Origin: an uncultured Thermoplasmata archaeon
GTDB lineage: Archaea > Thermoplasmatota > Thermoplasmata > RBG-16-68-12
Reading direction: 5' to 3'
NCBI GenBank assembly: GCA_963768855.1
Contig: CAVYJM010000018.1
Location: 1-64,000, forward strand
Length of the DNA: 64,000 nucleotides
Under the pieces are notes generated by a model. That model was given only the letters and a program-made list of their open reading frames with translations. It did no database searches and was not told where the DNA came from. The position numbers and the translations under genes are program-made. Shown piece after piece: positions 28,977 to 39,069 of this stretch (the stretch's first letter is position 1; the number at the start of each line of letters is the position of its first letter).

Positions 28977-30263
28977 ATGGCTACCTTCGATCTAACGCCC
29001 TTCTCCGCGTTGTTCCTCCTCTTCACTCTGGGATACGTCTTCGCGCTTGCGTACATCGCGCTGATCGAGCGCAGACATTCTCGACACGAAGGCTTGTCGA
29101 CGGACCACGTGTACAGCCTTATCGTCCCGGCTCGGAATGAAGAGGCCGTCCTCGAGGCGTGCCTCGAGGGTCTACTCTCCCTGGACTATCCGCCCGACCG
29201 ATTCGAGATCCTGGTCGTCGATGACAACAGCGACGACGGGACGGGGGACATCGCCGCCCGCTGTGTGGCCGCACACGCGGACCGGGTCCGTGTCTTCCGC
29301 GTCCCCAGTGCCGATTCCAAACAAGGGAAAGCCTCCGCCCTGAACGCAGGGTACCGATTCCTCCTGGAGAGCAGCCGCTTCCGTGAGGACCCCACGTGGA
29401 TCATCGGAGTCTTCGACGCAGATGGGACGCCGGACCGGGACATGCTCGGCAAGGCATCCTACCAGTTCCGGAATCCGAGCGTCGGCGGAATTCAGGCCGC
29501 CGTGCGCATCCGTAACCGGGCCGTGTCCTGGCTCACTCGTATGCAGGACGTCGAGTTCGTCGGGTTCGCCCGGATGACGCAAATCATCCGAACGCGGCTC
29601 ACTCACTCGGCATCGTTGGGTGGGAACGGGCAATTCGTGCGCGCAGCGGCACTCGAGGACATCGCGCTCGACCGGGAGCGACTCCTCTACTGGGACCCCC
29701 GCGCCCTCACGGAGGACCTTGAGCTTTCGACCCGCCTCGCCCTTCGAAACTGGGACATGTACCAGCTCGACACATCTCGGGTGTGGCAAGAAGGCGTGGA
29801 AGACCTCCGGTCCCTGATGCGCCAGCGGACCCGCTGGGCCTGGGGGTCCATCCAAGTCTTCGCCGAGTACGTGGTCCGGATGCGCATCTTGCGGACTCCG
29901 AATGTCCAGTTGCGGAAGCGATTGGACCTCCTGTTCAACCTGAGCATGTTCCTCGTCTCTCCGTTCGTGCTCGTTACCTGGATCCTGTCCGCGGTCGCGT
30001 TCACGGGCATCCTTTCCGTCTCCTCGGCCTTCCCCGGACCTGCGATGTGGCTCCTCTCCTTCGGCTACTTCCCCGTGGTGGGATACGGCCTGCTGACGTC
30101 GGATGGATATTCATGGAGGCGGCTACCGGCGGATCTGATCGGGTTCGCAATCTACACGTACCACTGGGTCCCTTGCCTGTATATCGGCTTGTGGCATGTG
30201 GTCGCGCGGCACGCTCCCCTCTGGTGGAAGACCTCCCGGGTCACGGATCGATCCGCGGGTTGA
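28977..30263 (+). CDS. Processive GT2 glycosyltransferase
   Basis: PARNE, DDNSDD, KASALN, DAD, TED and QRTRW motifs plus flanking TM helices. Confidence 0.93.
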   Translation: MATFDLTPFSALFLLFTLGYVFALAYIALIERRHSRHEGLSTDHVYSLIVPARNEEAVLEACLEGLLSLDYPPDRFEILVVDDNSDDGTGDIAARCVAAHADRVRVFRVPSADSKQGKASALNAGYRFLLESSRFREDPTWIIGVFDADGTPDRDMLGKASYQFRNPSVGGIQAAVRIRNRAVSWLTRMQDVEFVGFARMTQIIRTRLTHSASLGGNGQFVRAAALEDIALDRERLLYWDPRALTEDLELSTRLALRNWDMYQLDTSRVWQEGVEDLRSLMRQRTRWAWGSIQVFAEYVVRMRILRTPNVQLRKRLDLLFNLSMFLVSPFVLVTWILSAVAFTGILSVSSAFPGPAMWLLSFGYFPVVGYGLLTSDGYSWRRLPADLIGFAIYTYHWVPCLYIGLWHVVARHAPLWWKTSRVTDRSAG

Positions 30264-30267
30264 CACG

Positions 30268-31773
30268 ATGGACCCGACCGTCCAGGAGGGGCGCACTACG
30301 GCCCTCCTGAGCTTCCGGATGTCCTCGCGGACCGCCCTATTGATTGCCGGGATTGTCGCCGCCGCGGTGGTCACGAGGCTGCTTTGGGACCGATTCCTCG
30401 ATCCGTTCGAGGACGGATACCAGAATTGGTGGATTGGGAGCGTCCTCGCCCAGACCGGCCACTACACGGATCCATTCTCGGGGATGACACGGGGGAATTG
30501 GCTGCCCGGGTACGACTTCCTCGTCGCGGGACTTGTCACTCTCTTCGGGAGTCACATCATGCCGCTTCTGAAGGGCGTCAACATCGTGTTCTCCCTTGGG
30601 ACCACCGCCGTCGTCTACGGCTTGGCTCGTCCACGCGGTCATTCGGTTGCTCTCCTCGCGGTAATGCTGTTCGTGCTCAGCCCCAGCGACATCGTCATCT
30701 CGAGCTTTGCCACCCCGGAGGCGCTCGCGCTCTTCACCACGTTCCTCGGCGTCCTGCTCGTGGAGCGTCCCGTCCTCGGTCCGCGACGCTCCCTTGCCCT
30801 GGCCGCCGCAGCGTTCCTCGTGGCGTCGACCCTTCGATACGAGGTCTGGGGGTTCCTTCTCATCTACCTGGGATGGAAGTGGGCCTCCGGCGAAGTCCGA
30901 ACCCGGGAGATCGCGCTCCTCGCGGCTCCGGCCCTCGCGTTCACGGCCTTCTGGTGGGTATGGACGAGCCAGTACGGGTTCCTACCCGCGATCATCGTGG
31001 GACAAACCTCGGTTGATGTCCGGTACAAAGCAGCCATCGGAGCGCTCCCGTCCTTCTGGGGGAGGATCGGGGCCTTCTTCGAGTTCTACTTCTACTACGC
31101 TCCGTTCGCTGTACTTGCGATGCTGTGGGCCCTGAAGAAAGAAGCCCGTTCGCCGTTCACGCTGATCCTGTTCTTCTTCTACGCCGCCGAGGTCATCTAC
31201 ACCGCAGCCAACTGGGGAAACCCAGGTCCTCGTTACATCCAGCTCACGACCCCCATCATGGCAGTCTACTCCGCGAGTGCCCTCGACCGGTTGCGGTCAT
31301 GGGTCCGCGAGAGACCCCGCGCCTCTAATCGCGGCATGGAGCACGTCCCTGCGGTCGCCGCGCTGGCCGTGTCCTTGGTCCTCGTCGCGGTCGTCCTCAC
31401 TCCGACCCCGCCGCCAGGGACTCTTCTCAAAGGCATGGAACGCGCGGGGATCTTCTTGAGTTCCCAGCCCCTCCCGGCCGGGAAGATCGTTGTCTCCGAA
31501 TCGCCAATCTCAGCCTACTACAGCGGCTACCCCGCGTCGCGAATCATCGGTTCGTATCTGCTTCCGGACAATGTCTCCAGCGCGAGCCTGTTCCTCGTAC
31601 AGAACGTGGCCTACGTCGTCATGGTGACCGTACCTTACTACCGGTTGCGTGCGCTGTTCCCTGCGGAAGCAAATGGGACGAATGGAAACCATCTCGTGCT
31701 CCTGTACGATGCGACCGGTCCCGAGTATATCCTGGGCGCGCCACGGGTGCTGGTGTTCGAAGTGGCGCCATGA
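30268..31773 (+). CDS. GT-C (ArnT/PMT-like) multi-TM glycosyltransferase
   Basis: DPFED acidic pair after TM1, WLPGY, PEAL, LRYE and PRY motifs, about 11 TM helices, C-terminal soluble domain. Confidence 0.7.
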   Translation: MDPTVQEGRTTALLSFRMSSRTALLIAGIVAAAVVTRLLWDRFLDPFEDGYQNWWIGSVLAQTGHYTDPFSGMTRGNWLPGYDFLVAGLVTLFGSHIMPLLKGVNIVFSLGTTAVVYGLARPRGHSVALLAVMLFVLSPSDIVISSFATPEALALFTTFLGVLLVERPVLGPRRSLALAAAAFLVASTLRYEVWGFLLIYLGWKWASGEVRTREIALLAAPALAFTAFWWVWTSQYGFLPAIIVGQTSVDVRYKAAIGALPSFWGRIGAFFEFYFYYAPFAVLAMLWALKKEARSPFTLILFFFYAAEVIYTAANWGNPGPRYIQLTTPIMAVYSASALDRLRSWVRERPRASNRGMEHVPAVAALAVSLVLVAVVLTPTPPPGTLLKGMERAGIFLSSQPLPAGKIVVSESPISAYYSGYPASRIIGSYLLPDNVSSASLFLVQNVAYVVMVTVPYYRLRALFPAEANGTNGNHLVLLYDATGPEYILGAPRVLVFEVAP

Positions 31774-32705
31774 CCCGTTTGTCCGGAGAACAGCGTCGGC
31801 GAGGAGCCCCGAGACGTTCCGGCTCTCGGAGTGGGCAACTCGAGGATGTGGAGCGAACCCTGATCGGTCTGTCGAGAAGTCTGCCTCATGTGGACGTGGG
31901 ATGCCCAGCCTGCCGCGGGACCGCGAGGAGGTCGATCTTCGTTCGCAGCGGCTTCCGGGTCGCGGAGTGCGCCTCATGCCGCACCCTCTACGTGACGCCG
32001 CGTCCCACGGAGGATGCGCTGGTCGGCGTGTATCGGACCCATCCCGAGCTCGCAGACTTCGGGAACGATGCATGCCTGAATGCCGGCGGGGACAACCTCG
32101 CAGAGACTCGATACCGGCTCCGGCGCGTGCTCGACGTCCGAGAATCGGGCCGTCTTCTGGACGTGGGCTGTGGCCGAGGGGAGTTCGTGACGGCGGCCCA
32201 GGCGCACTTCAAAAGCCAAGGGGTGGACGTGTCGCTTCGCCAGGAGACGTCGACTCGAGAGGGGTGCACCCTCATCAGCCGGTTGGAGGAGGCGGGCTTC
32301 GATGCGGACACCTTTGACGTGGTCACCCTCGTTGAGGTCCTCGAGCACCTCTTCGACCCGAGACGGACCCTGGGAGAGATCCACCGGATTATGAAACCGA
32401 GGGGCATCCTCCTGCTACAGACCGGTGACGCCGATTCCCTGATCGCGCGGCTCGCACCTCAGAAATGGGGTTACGTCCGGCCGCCCATCCACCTGAATTG
32501 CTTCTCGAGGGACGGGCTCGTGCAACTCGCGTCCGACGCGGGATTCCGGGTCGTCGGGGCGCACAGCTTTGGCCGCGCGCCGCAACGCCTGCGGGGGAGC
32601 CGCCTCCTCGCCAATCCCGAGATCCTCCGGCCTGCCCTCGACCTCGCTGCGAGAGTTGGCCTGATCGGCCAGATGTACTTGATGGCCAAAGCGAGGCCGG
32701 GTTAA
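31770..32705 (+). CDS. Class I SAM methyltransferase with an N-terminal Cys4 motif
   Basis: CPAC...CASC, LLDVGCGRG, FDVVTL.EVLEH and PP.HL..FS motifs. Confidence 0.88.
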   Translation: MTRLSGEQRRRGAPRRSGSRSGQLEDVERTLIGLSRSLPHVDVGCPACRGTARRSIFVRSGFRVAECASCRTLYVTPRPTEDALVGVYRTHPELADFGNDACLNAGGDNLAETRYRLRRVLDVRESGRLLDVGCGRGEFVTAAQAHFKSQGVDVSLRQETSTREGCTLISRLEEAGFDADTFDVVTLVEVLEHLFDPRRTLGEIHRIMKPRGILLLQTGDADSLIARLAPQKWGYVRPPIHLNCFSRDGLVQLASDAGFRVVGAHSFGRAPQRLRGSRLLANPEILRPALDLAARVGLIGQMYLMAKARPG

Positions 32706-33253
32706 CGTTCGGGGGACCTCGCGGAAGGACCGGACGATTCCTCGTTCACGTCCGAACGCCGACTGCGCAGGGACAGCCACCGCGGAGTCCGTTGGCAGTA
32801 TGCCCGGTAACGTTCTCCGTACCGAGATGCGAGACGCCTCTCTTCGCGCGGGAGAAGGACGAATTCGATGCAGACGTACAGAAGAACGGTCAGCAGAGCC
32901 ACCCCCGACGACTGGAGCACGGCCGCCGCCCCCGCCAGGATTGTCAGTCTCGCGACGTACAAGGGATTCCTCGAGCGGGCGTAGATCCCTTGCGTGACGA
33001 GTCGGTCCGGCGGACTCTCAGGGTTGGGGGTCCCGTTCCCCAGGGCCCACAGGATCGACGTGGAGTAGGCCTCCAGAGCAGTGCCGGCAAGCAGGAGCGC
33101 CACTCCGGGGACGACGAAGGGACCCGACGGGAAGTGTGGCAGGAGCGAGACCCAATCCAGCGCCACACCGGTACCGATGATTAGGCCCAGCACGGCGGTG
33201 ACCTTGAGGATTCCCTCAACCAACGCCTTCCGAGACCGGTTGGTCAGGGTCAG
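32702..33253 (-). CDS. Isoprenylcysteine carboxyl methyltransferase/PEMT family membrane methyltransferase (start uncertain)
   Basis: G.GTP.P..PP.RLV..G.Y...RNPLY, EE..L...YG..Y..Y...TPRW motifs. Confidence 0.85.
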   Translation of the reverse strand: MTLTNRSRKALVEGILKVTAVLGLIIGTGVALDWVSLLPHFPSGPFVVPGVALLLAGTALEAYSTSILWALGNGTPNPESPPDRLVTQGIYARSRNPLYVARLTILAGAAAVLQSSGVALLTVLLYVCIEFVLLPREERRLASRYGERYRAYCQRTPRWLSLRSRRSDVNEESSGPSARSPER

Positions 33254-34107
33254 CGCCTCCGGAGGACCAAGACGGTGTGGTGTCCCCACTCGTTGGCGGG
33301 GGCTCGCCGGGACAGGTGCTCCTCGAGCGCCTCCAGGCCAGCGAAACCGAGTTGGAACCGGGCATAGAGGTCCGCGAGGTTGGACGGGGGAAGGAAGATC
33401 TCCATCCCCTGGACCATCTCCACCGAGAAGCCGTTGCCGAACAGTCGGATCATCTCCGAGGGAGAGTAGAACCGGGCCGGGATCACCTGCCGATTCATGG
33501 GTTCTGTCCGGGATATGGGGATCGGAACGACGTTGCCCATCCGGCGAAACGCCTTTCGAGGGCGCAAGACCAGCGGATAGAAGAGGATCTCGAACAGGCT
33601 CGTCCTGTTGATGAAGCTGCACACGAAAGCACCGCCCGGTTTGGTGATCGACACGATCTGGGCGGGCACGCGTGCGATCTCAGGTTCCATGTTGAGGGCT
33701 CCGGCATGGCAGAACCCGCCGTCGAAGGAATCACTCCCGAACTCGCTGCCCAATCGGCCGATTTCGTGCGCCGCCATCCGCCGCGTCTGAATGTGTTGGG
33801 ACAGACCCTCGGAGGCCGCCTTCTCCCGCAGCTGTTCAATCATCGCGCCCGAGATGTCGGTCGCCACCACGTCGAGACCTTGGCGAGCCAGCCAGAGCGC
33901 ATCCGCCCCCGTCCCGCAGCCGATCTCGAACACGTGCTGGCCCGGGCGTAGGACCTCCCGCAGTGCCCGCCGGAAGACCGTATGCATCCGTCGTCCGACC
34001 AGGTTCGACCCGATGTCCGCGTCGTAGCGCGGGGCGAGCCGATCATAGCTCGCTTCGACGTGCTGGAAGTACTCCCCTTCCAACCTCCACTCGCGCATCT
34101 CCTTCAT
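33250..34107 (-). CDS. Class I SAM methyltransferase
   Basis: YD.LA..YD, FEIGCGTGADALWLA..G..V.ATDIS..M motifs. Confidence 0.88.
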   Translation of the reverse strand: MKEMREWRLEGEYFQHVEASYDRLAPRYDADIGSNLVGRRMHTVFRRALREVLRPGQHVFEIGCGTGADALWLARQGLDVVATDISGAMIEQLREKAASEGLSQHIQTRRMAAHEIGRLGSEFGSDSFDGGFCHAGALNMEPEIARVPAQIVSITKPGGAFVCSFINRTSLFEILFYPLVLRPRKAFRRMGNVVPIPISRTEPMNRQVIPARFYSPSEMIRLFGNGFSVEMVQGMEIFLPPSNLADLYARFQLGFAGLEALEEHLSRRAPANEWGHHTVLVLRRR

Positions 34108-34238
34108 TCTATGGTATTCCCTTTCCCGCCGAGCCGGACCCGCGGAGGCATCGGGCCGCCTCCTCGATCTCTGTCGATGGCCAGCACTGCGCTCCGCACA
34201 CCTCGGACTGCGAAGAAGCTTTGCCCGAAAAGGGACGA

Positions 34239-35177
34239 CTATCCCGCCCGTCTTGCGTACAGCAGGGGAAAGGACGCGAGTTCCATCCGGAGGGCGGCGC
34301 CCTTGGCACGCCGGCTCCATCGGAAGCCGCCGCCCGGATCGAACGGTTCCTCTGCCACGGGCCCCACCTCGGACGAGATCGCGCGAACGAGCGAGTCTCG
34401 CGTGAAATGGTGATAGGTCGAGACGACCTCTTCGCTCGCCCCGAGTCTTCGAAGTCGTTCCCGGAAATCGGTGAGGGCCCGCTCGGCGCTCTCGGGGTCG
34501 TTGTACACGGGCGAGTTCATCACCACAAGGAGCCCACCCGGTCGCAGCAGGCGCTTCATCTCGACTAGAGCGCGTGGAAGATCGTTCGCATAGTGAAGCG
34601 ACGCGTTGCACACCACGGCGTCGACCGAGGATGCAGTCAGCGGAGGTCGTTCCAGCTCGCCCCAGATTCGTTCGAAAAAGACGCCCGAACGCACATACAC
34701 ACCGGCTGCGCCAAGCCCGAGGACGTCGTCCAACACGACATCGATCGCGTAGACGTCGTAGCCTCGCTGGGCGAGTCGGTACGATAGCCACCCCACTCCG
34801 CACCCGAGATCCACCACACGTCGCAGCCGATTCCGCGCGAAGAGCCGCTCCAGCGCGTCGAGACTCCGGGCCTTCACGCGCCATTCTGAAGCACGCCGCC
34901 CAGAGACGTCCTCGTACGGTAGGTTCAGGAGATACGACGAATCCAAGGCTCCCCAGCCGTCGCGCTGCCAAACGCACGCGTAGGAATGCGCGAGTGCCGC
35001 CACGCGGCCCGCCCTGCCCGCTTCGACGAGGCGTGGAATCGCGTTCGTGACCGGGTACAGTATCCCTTCGGTGGGGCAGGCCAAGTTGCCATTCTCGACT
35101 TCGTCGGACTCGCCTTCCAGCCGGAGCGGACCGCGGCACGCAGGGCAGGCCAGGACTTCGAGAGCCGCGCGTCGCAT
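34239..35177 (-). CDS. Trm112-like zinc knuckle fused to a class I SAM methyltransferase
   Basis: LACPAC.GPL...L.C...YPV...IP N-terminus; VDLGCG.GW and NASLHY motifs. Confidence 0.85.
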   Translation of the reverse strand: MRRAALEVLACPACRGPLRLEGESDEVENGNLACPTEGILYPVTNAIPRLVEAGRAGRVAALAHSYACVWQRDGWGALDSSYLLNLPYEDVSGRRASEWRVKARSLDALERLFARNRLRRVVDLGCGVGWLSYRLAQRGYDVYAIDVVLDDVLGLGAAGVYVRSGVFFERIWGELERPPLTASSVDAVVCNASLHYANDLPRALVEMKRLLRPGGLLVVMNSPVYNDPESAERALTDFRERLRRLGASEEVVSTYHHFTRDSLVRAISSEVGPVAEEPFDPGGGFRWSRRAKGAALRMELASFPLLYARRAG

Positions 35178-35234
35178 CTCGGGTGAGTGAGGACCCGGTG
35201 GACTTAACCCTTTCCCGCACTCCGCCGACACAGT

Positions 35235-35990
35235 CTAGGCGATCTCGGTCTTCTGGACCTCGAGGTCCGGGGTCACGGTGTGCACGATGCCGCGGGGCAT
35301 CGGGTCCGCCTTCATCGCGAGGATCGGCTCGGAGGTGGTGATCACCATCTCACCGAAGTGATCCTGGTAGAGCGTGTAGTACTGCCCGTTCGTCTGGAAG
35401 TCCCGGTACGCATGTAGCGCGCTTCCGTCCGTCATCATGAAGTTCAGCCCGGTGAAGCCGCCGTACTCGTCGATCGCCCGCTGCCGCGCCGCTTGGGCCG
35501 CCTTGGCGACCGCCGCATGGTCGCGGCCGTCAAGGGCCTCGAGGACCAGGTGGAAGAGGACCTGGGAGTCGATGACCTCCTTGTCACCCGACTCCTTGTT
35601 GAGCGAGCCGTTGTGCTGGAACGCCCATGTCACGCCGCTGCGCTCCTCGACGAAGGGGTGGGACCAGCGCTGGCCCACGGTCTTCGGATCGGACGCACGG
35701 CGGAGATGCCCGAGGACGATGAGATTCTGGCCCTCCGCCCGCTCGATGTTCAGCTTCGCGATCTTCCACGCCGTGCCGTAGTACTTGGACGCGTCCGCGG
35801 CGCACCCGATATCCCGCATCTGCACCTTGAGGGTCCCGTTCTGGAAGCAGAGCAGGCCCCACCCGTCCTTGTGGCCTCGCTCGTCGGGAGCGCCGATGGG
35901 GCACATCCCCTTCGTGGAGAGGTCCGCGAACTCCTCGAACAGATCGTAGTATACGGGGCCGCGGCTCACGACGCCCATCATACGGCACAT
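35235..35990 (-). CDS. Class II glutamine amidotransferase (YafJ/EgtC-like)
   Basis: N-terminal MCRM, H.DGWG, GHLR.AS, HPF, HNG and DS motifs. Confidence 0.88.
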   Translation of the reverse strand: MCRMMGVVSRGPVYYDLFEEFADLSTKGMCPIGAPDERGHKDGWGLLCFQNGTLKVQMRDIGCAADASKYYGTAWKIAKLNIERAEGQNLIVLGHLRRASDPKTVGQRWSHPFVEERSGVTWAFQHNGSLNKESGDKEVIDSQVLFHLVLEALDGRDHAAVAKAAQAARQRAIDEYGGFTGLNFMMTDGSALHAYRDFQTNGQYYTLYQDHFGEMVITTSEPILAMKADPMPRGIVHTVTPDLEVQKTEIA

Positions 35991-36034
35991 GCGGCCTCCC
36001 TAGCGCTCGGAGCTATATGAGTCTCGCGCCGGGA

Positions 36035-37129
36035 TCACGCTCGGCCGAGCACGAACGGGAGCGCATGGGGCGACGCCCGCAGGTCCCAGCCCGCATGGTC
36101 GACGAAGATCTGGCCTCCGGCAGGGACCTTGTCCATCCGGAGGAGGGCGAGGGCGATGACCCAGCCCGTCGTCGGAGACCAGCACCCGCTCGTCACGCGG
36201 CCGACCTCCGCGCCTTCGACGCGGACCGCATCCCCATGCGAGGGCGGAACGTCACCGTCGATCTTGAGGCCCACGAGGCGGCGGTTCACCTGTCCGATGC
36301 CCACGCCCCGGGCGACGACCTCCTGGCCCCGATAGCACCCTTTCGTGAAGCTGATCACGCCCTCCGGAGCCACCTCGAGGGCGAGCGTCCCCTCGGTCAT
36401 GTCGACCCCGAACCGCGGTCGGCCCGACTCGATCCGCAGCACGTCGAGCGCCTCGCGTCCGACCGGCACGGCGCCGCTCCGCGACAGCGCGTCCCAGACG
36501 GCTTCGAGGCTCTCGCCCGGCGCCCAGATCGCGTAGCCGTACTCACCGAGGGTGTTGACACGCGACGCGAACCCGCTTCGATGGCGGTCGAGCGGGAAGA
36601 TCGTGTGCTCGTCGACGGAGAGGCCTTGGACGTCCACCCCGAGGACGGCGGACGCGACTCGCGGCGCCAGAGGTCCATGGACCTCGAGGTGTCCGCAGAA
36701 CCCGAGGTCCTCCAGGGCGACGTCGTCGCTGACCGTCTGCCTCTGGAAGTACTCGAGGAGGTGATCCTTCTCCGCGGCCTCGATGTCCAGGACGAACGCA
36801 TCGTCCAAGGTGGTGACCCGCAGGTCCCCGAGGACGTGGCTCGCCTCGTCGAGGACGAGGGCGTACGCCGACATGCCGGGGCGGAGCACCTTCACGTCCG
36901 CGGTCACGAGGCCGCCGAGGAAGGTCACGCGATCGGAACCACGGACGCGGATCTTGGCGCGGTCGCTCACGTCGAGGATCCCCGCGGCCCGGCGCACCGC
37001 GTCCACCTCGCGGTCGAGGGATCCGTAGCCGATGGGCACCTCCCATCCGGCCTCCTTGCCGAACAGGGCGCCGCTGACCTCGTGGTAGTTCCGGAGGCGC
37101 AGGTCCGACATGCTCTTCGCCGCAGGCAT
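36035..37129 (-). CDS. YgfZ/GcvT-family folate-binding protein
   Basis: D.SDR.KI.V.G.DR..FL; KGCYRGQEVVAR is the YgfZ signature. Confidence 0.88.
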   Translation of the reverse strand: MPAAKSMSDLRLRNYHEVSGALFGKEAGWEVPIGYGSLDREVDAVRRAAGILDVSDRAKIRVRGSDRVTFLGGLVTADVKVLRPGMSAYALVLDEASHVLGDLRVTTLDDAFVLDIEAAEKDHLLEYFQRQTVSDDVALEDLGFCGHLEVHGPLAPRVASAVLGVDVQGLSVDEHTIFPLDRHRSGFASRVNTLGEYGYAIWAPGESLEAVWDALSRSGAVPVGREALDVLRIESGRPRFGVDMTEGTLALEVAPEGVISFTKGCYRGQEVVARGVGIGQVNRRLVGLKIDGDVPPSHGDAVRVEGAEVGRVTSGCWSPTTGWVIALALLRMDKVPAGGQIFVDHAGWDLRASPHALPFVLGRA

Positions 37130-37229
37130 GCGTGGGGTCCATTTGACCTTTGCGCGACGACCCCTTCGCAGGCCGCCGGCCGAGCCGCGACATAACCTTC
37201 ATATCCCGCCGCCCGCTCATGCGGTCTCC

Positions 37230-37487
37230 ATGGCGCCCGATCTGCGGGAAGGGCAGATGTCCGTCTTCGCCAAGCGGATCATGCGGAAGCCGCGCACCCT
37301 GCATTGCCCCTTCTGCGACGGCAAGGTCCTCTTCACGCGGAACGAGGAACACCTCGACGAGAAGAACTGCCCCCACTGCGGGATGCTCGTCCACCGGCGC
37401 GAGTGGCCCGAGAAGATGTACGACCCCGCGCCGATCCTCCGCTCGAAGCCCGGCGAATCGACGAAGAAGGAAGAGCCGCCGAAGTGA
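37230..37487 (+). CDS. Small zinc-ribbon protein
   Basis: CPFC and CPHC pairs; start 37230 or 37257. Confidence 0.65.
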   Translation: MAPDLREGQMSVFAKRIMRKPRTLHCPFCDGKVLFTRNEEHLDEKNCPHCGMLVHRREWPEKMYDPAPILRSKPGESTKKEEPPK

Positions 37488-37490
37488 GGC

Positions 37491-38327
37491 TCAGTCGGAG
37501 CCGAATACGGCGCCGCACGAGAGGCAGTCGTGCCAGTTCTCGCCGACCGACGCCCCGCATTCCCCGCACTCGCCGCCCACGGCAGTCTGGGGTGCTTTCA
37601 CGACCACGAGCTTCGTGGCCGCCAGCTTGTCCCACTTCGGCTCCCGCACGAGGAGGAACGCGAGGTCACGGGACCAGGTCTCCAGCTCCAGGAAGACCAG
37701 CTTCCTCGGGGCGATGAGCTCGTTCACGCTCTTGACGAAGTCCCGCGAGTCCTTGAACCGGACGACGCGCTCGACGTCGCCGAGCCGGAGCCGCGCCTTG
37801 CGGAGACTGAGCTCCTGGTCCAGCCACGTGAGATCCGTCATCTGGATTGAGAGTTTGAACGAGCTGAGGCGCAGGTTCACGTCCGCGAGGAGCTTCTCGG
37901 GATCAAAGTCCGAGGGCGCCTGGAACCCGAGCCATTCCACGAGGATCCCGGTCGCCGCGCGGTACGGTTTCTCCCGGAACTGGGAAACAAACGCTCCGGC
38001 CCCTCCCGAGGACCCAGCCACCCGTTTCGCGAACACCGGCTTCGTGCCTGGAATCGTGAGCCCTAGCTCCACGAGTCCCGCATGCACCTCGGAAACGGCT
38101 GCATCCAGCTCCGAGGGGGTCGGCTCGACCGGCTTCTCAGACGCCGGAGTCGGTTCGCCCCCGGGCGCCGCCGCGCCTCGATCGGCCTCCAGCTTGCTCC
38201 CGCGGTCGACGGCCTTCGTCTCGCCCGCAGCCTCGACCTTCGGGGCCGCTTCCTTGGGCTCTTTCTTCCCCTCGGCGCCTCCCTTCTCCTTCTCTGGTTT
38301 GTCCTTCTTCCAGAATTTGAAGGGCAT
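37491..38327 (-). CDS. Hypothetical protein with a low-complexity N-terminus and a C-terminal zinc ribbon
   Basis: MPFKFWKK start; CGECG...CLSCG at the C-terminus; coding-like GC3 pattern. Confidence 0.75.
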   Translation of the reverse strand: MPFKFWKKDKPEKEKGGAEGKKEPKEAAPKVEAAGETKAVDRGSKLEADRGAAAPGGEPTPASEKPVEPTPSELDAAVSEVHAGLVELGLTIPGTKPVFAKRVAGSSGGAGAFVSQFREKPYRAATGILVEWLGFQAPSDFDPEKLLADVNLRLSSFKLSIQMTDLTWLDQELSLRKARLRLGDVERVVRFKDSRDFVKSVNELIAPRKLVFLELETWSRDLAFLLVREPKWDKLAATKLVVVKAPQTAVGGECGECGASVGENWHDCLSCGAVFGSD

Positions 38328-38468
38328 CGAGTGCGCGAAGTCGAGCGGCCCCTATTAAGCGTTTGGTCTGGTCCCGCTCGCTCTCCCAGCACCCCCAGAA
38401 CCAGCGTTCACGCAGAGGAGACCGGTGTTTCTAAGTACTGCCGTCGCGTGGGTGCCGCCCGAGCAACG

Positions 38469-39008
38469 ATGGCGGATCTGCCCAGGGTCATCACTTCACG
38501 ACCACTGCGGAACGTGTGGCCTCCGATCACGGAAGACGAGGTCGAGCTCGCGAACGGCGTCCGGAAGAACTGGGTCCGGTTTCACTTCGGCACCTCCGCT
38601 GCGGTCCTGCCTCGGACCGTGGACGGCAAGGTCGTGCTCACCCACGAGTACCGGCACGGACTCGGGCGGATCGCCGTGGCCCTCCCCGGAGGGACGGCGG
38701 AGGACGGGGAGAGCCCCGAGGCCTGCGCGGGCCGAGAGCTCCTTGAGGAGACGGGCCTCCAGGCGGGCAAGCTCATGCACCTGTATTCGGGCAACAGCCT
38801 GACGGGCTACCTGACCGGCACGCTCCATCTGTTCTTCGCGAAGGACTGCAAGCCCACGGGTCGCTCGCCGGATCCGGAGGAAGTCGATTCCCTCCTGTTC
38901 CTGTCGCCCACGCAGGCTCTCGACCGCGCGCGGCGCGGCGAGTTCGAATCGACCGTCCTCGCACTCGCGATCCTCCTCGCGGATGCCCGCGGGTGGCTCG
39001 TCACGTGA
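38469..39008 (+). CDS. NUDIX hydrolase (ADP-ribose pyrophosphatase-like)
   Basis: Nudix box PGGTAEDGESPEACAGRELLEETG. Confidence 0.9.
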   Translation: MADLPRVITSRPLRNVWPPITEDEVELANGVRKNWVRFHFGTSAAVLPRTVDGKVVLTHEYRHGLGRIAVALPGGTAEDGESPEACAGRELLEETGLQAGKLMHLYSGNSLTGYLTGTLHLFFAKDCKPTGRSPDPEEVDSLLFLSPTQALDRARRGEFESTVLALAILLADARGWLVT

Positions 39009-39069
39009 ACGAGACGGTTCGGTACAGCAAGTCCGGAAGGGTTATCTCGGGTCGTCCGTTGCCGCGCGC

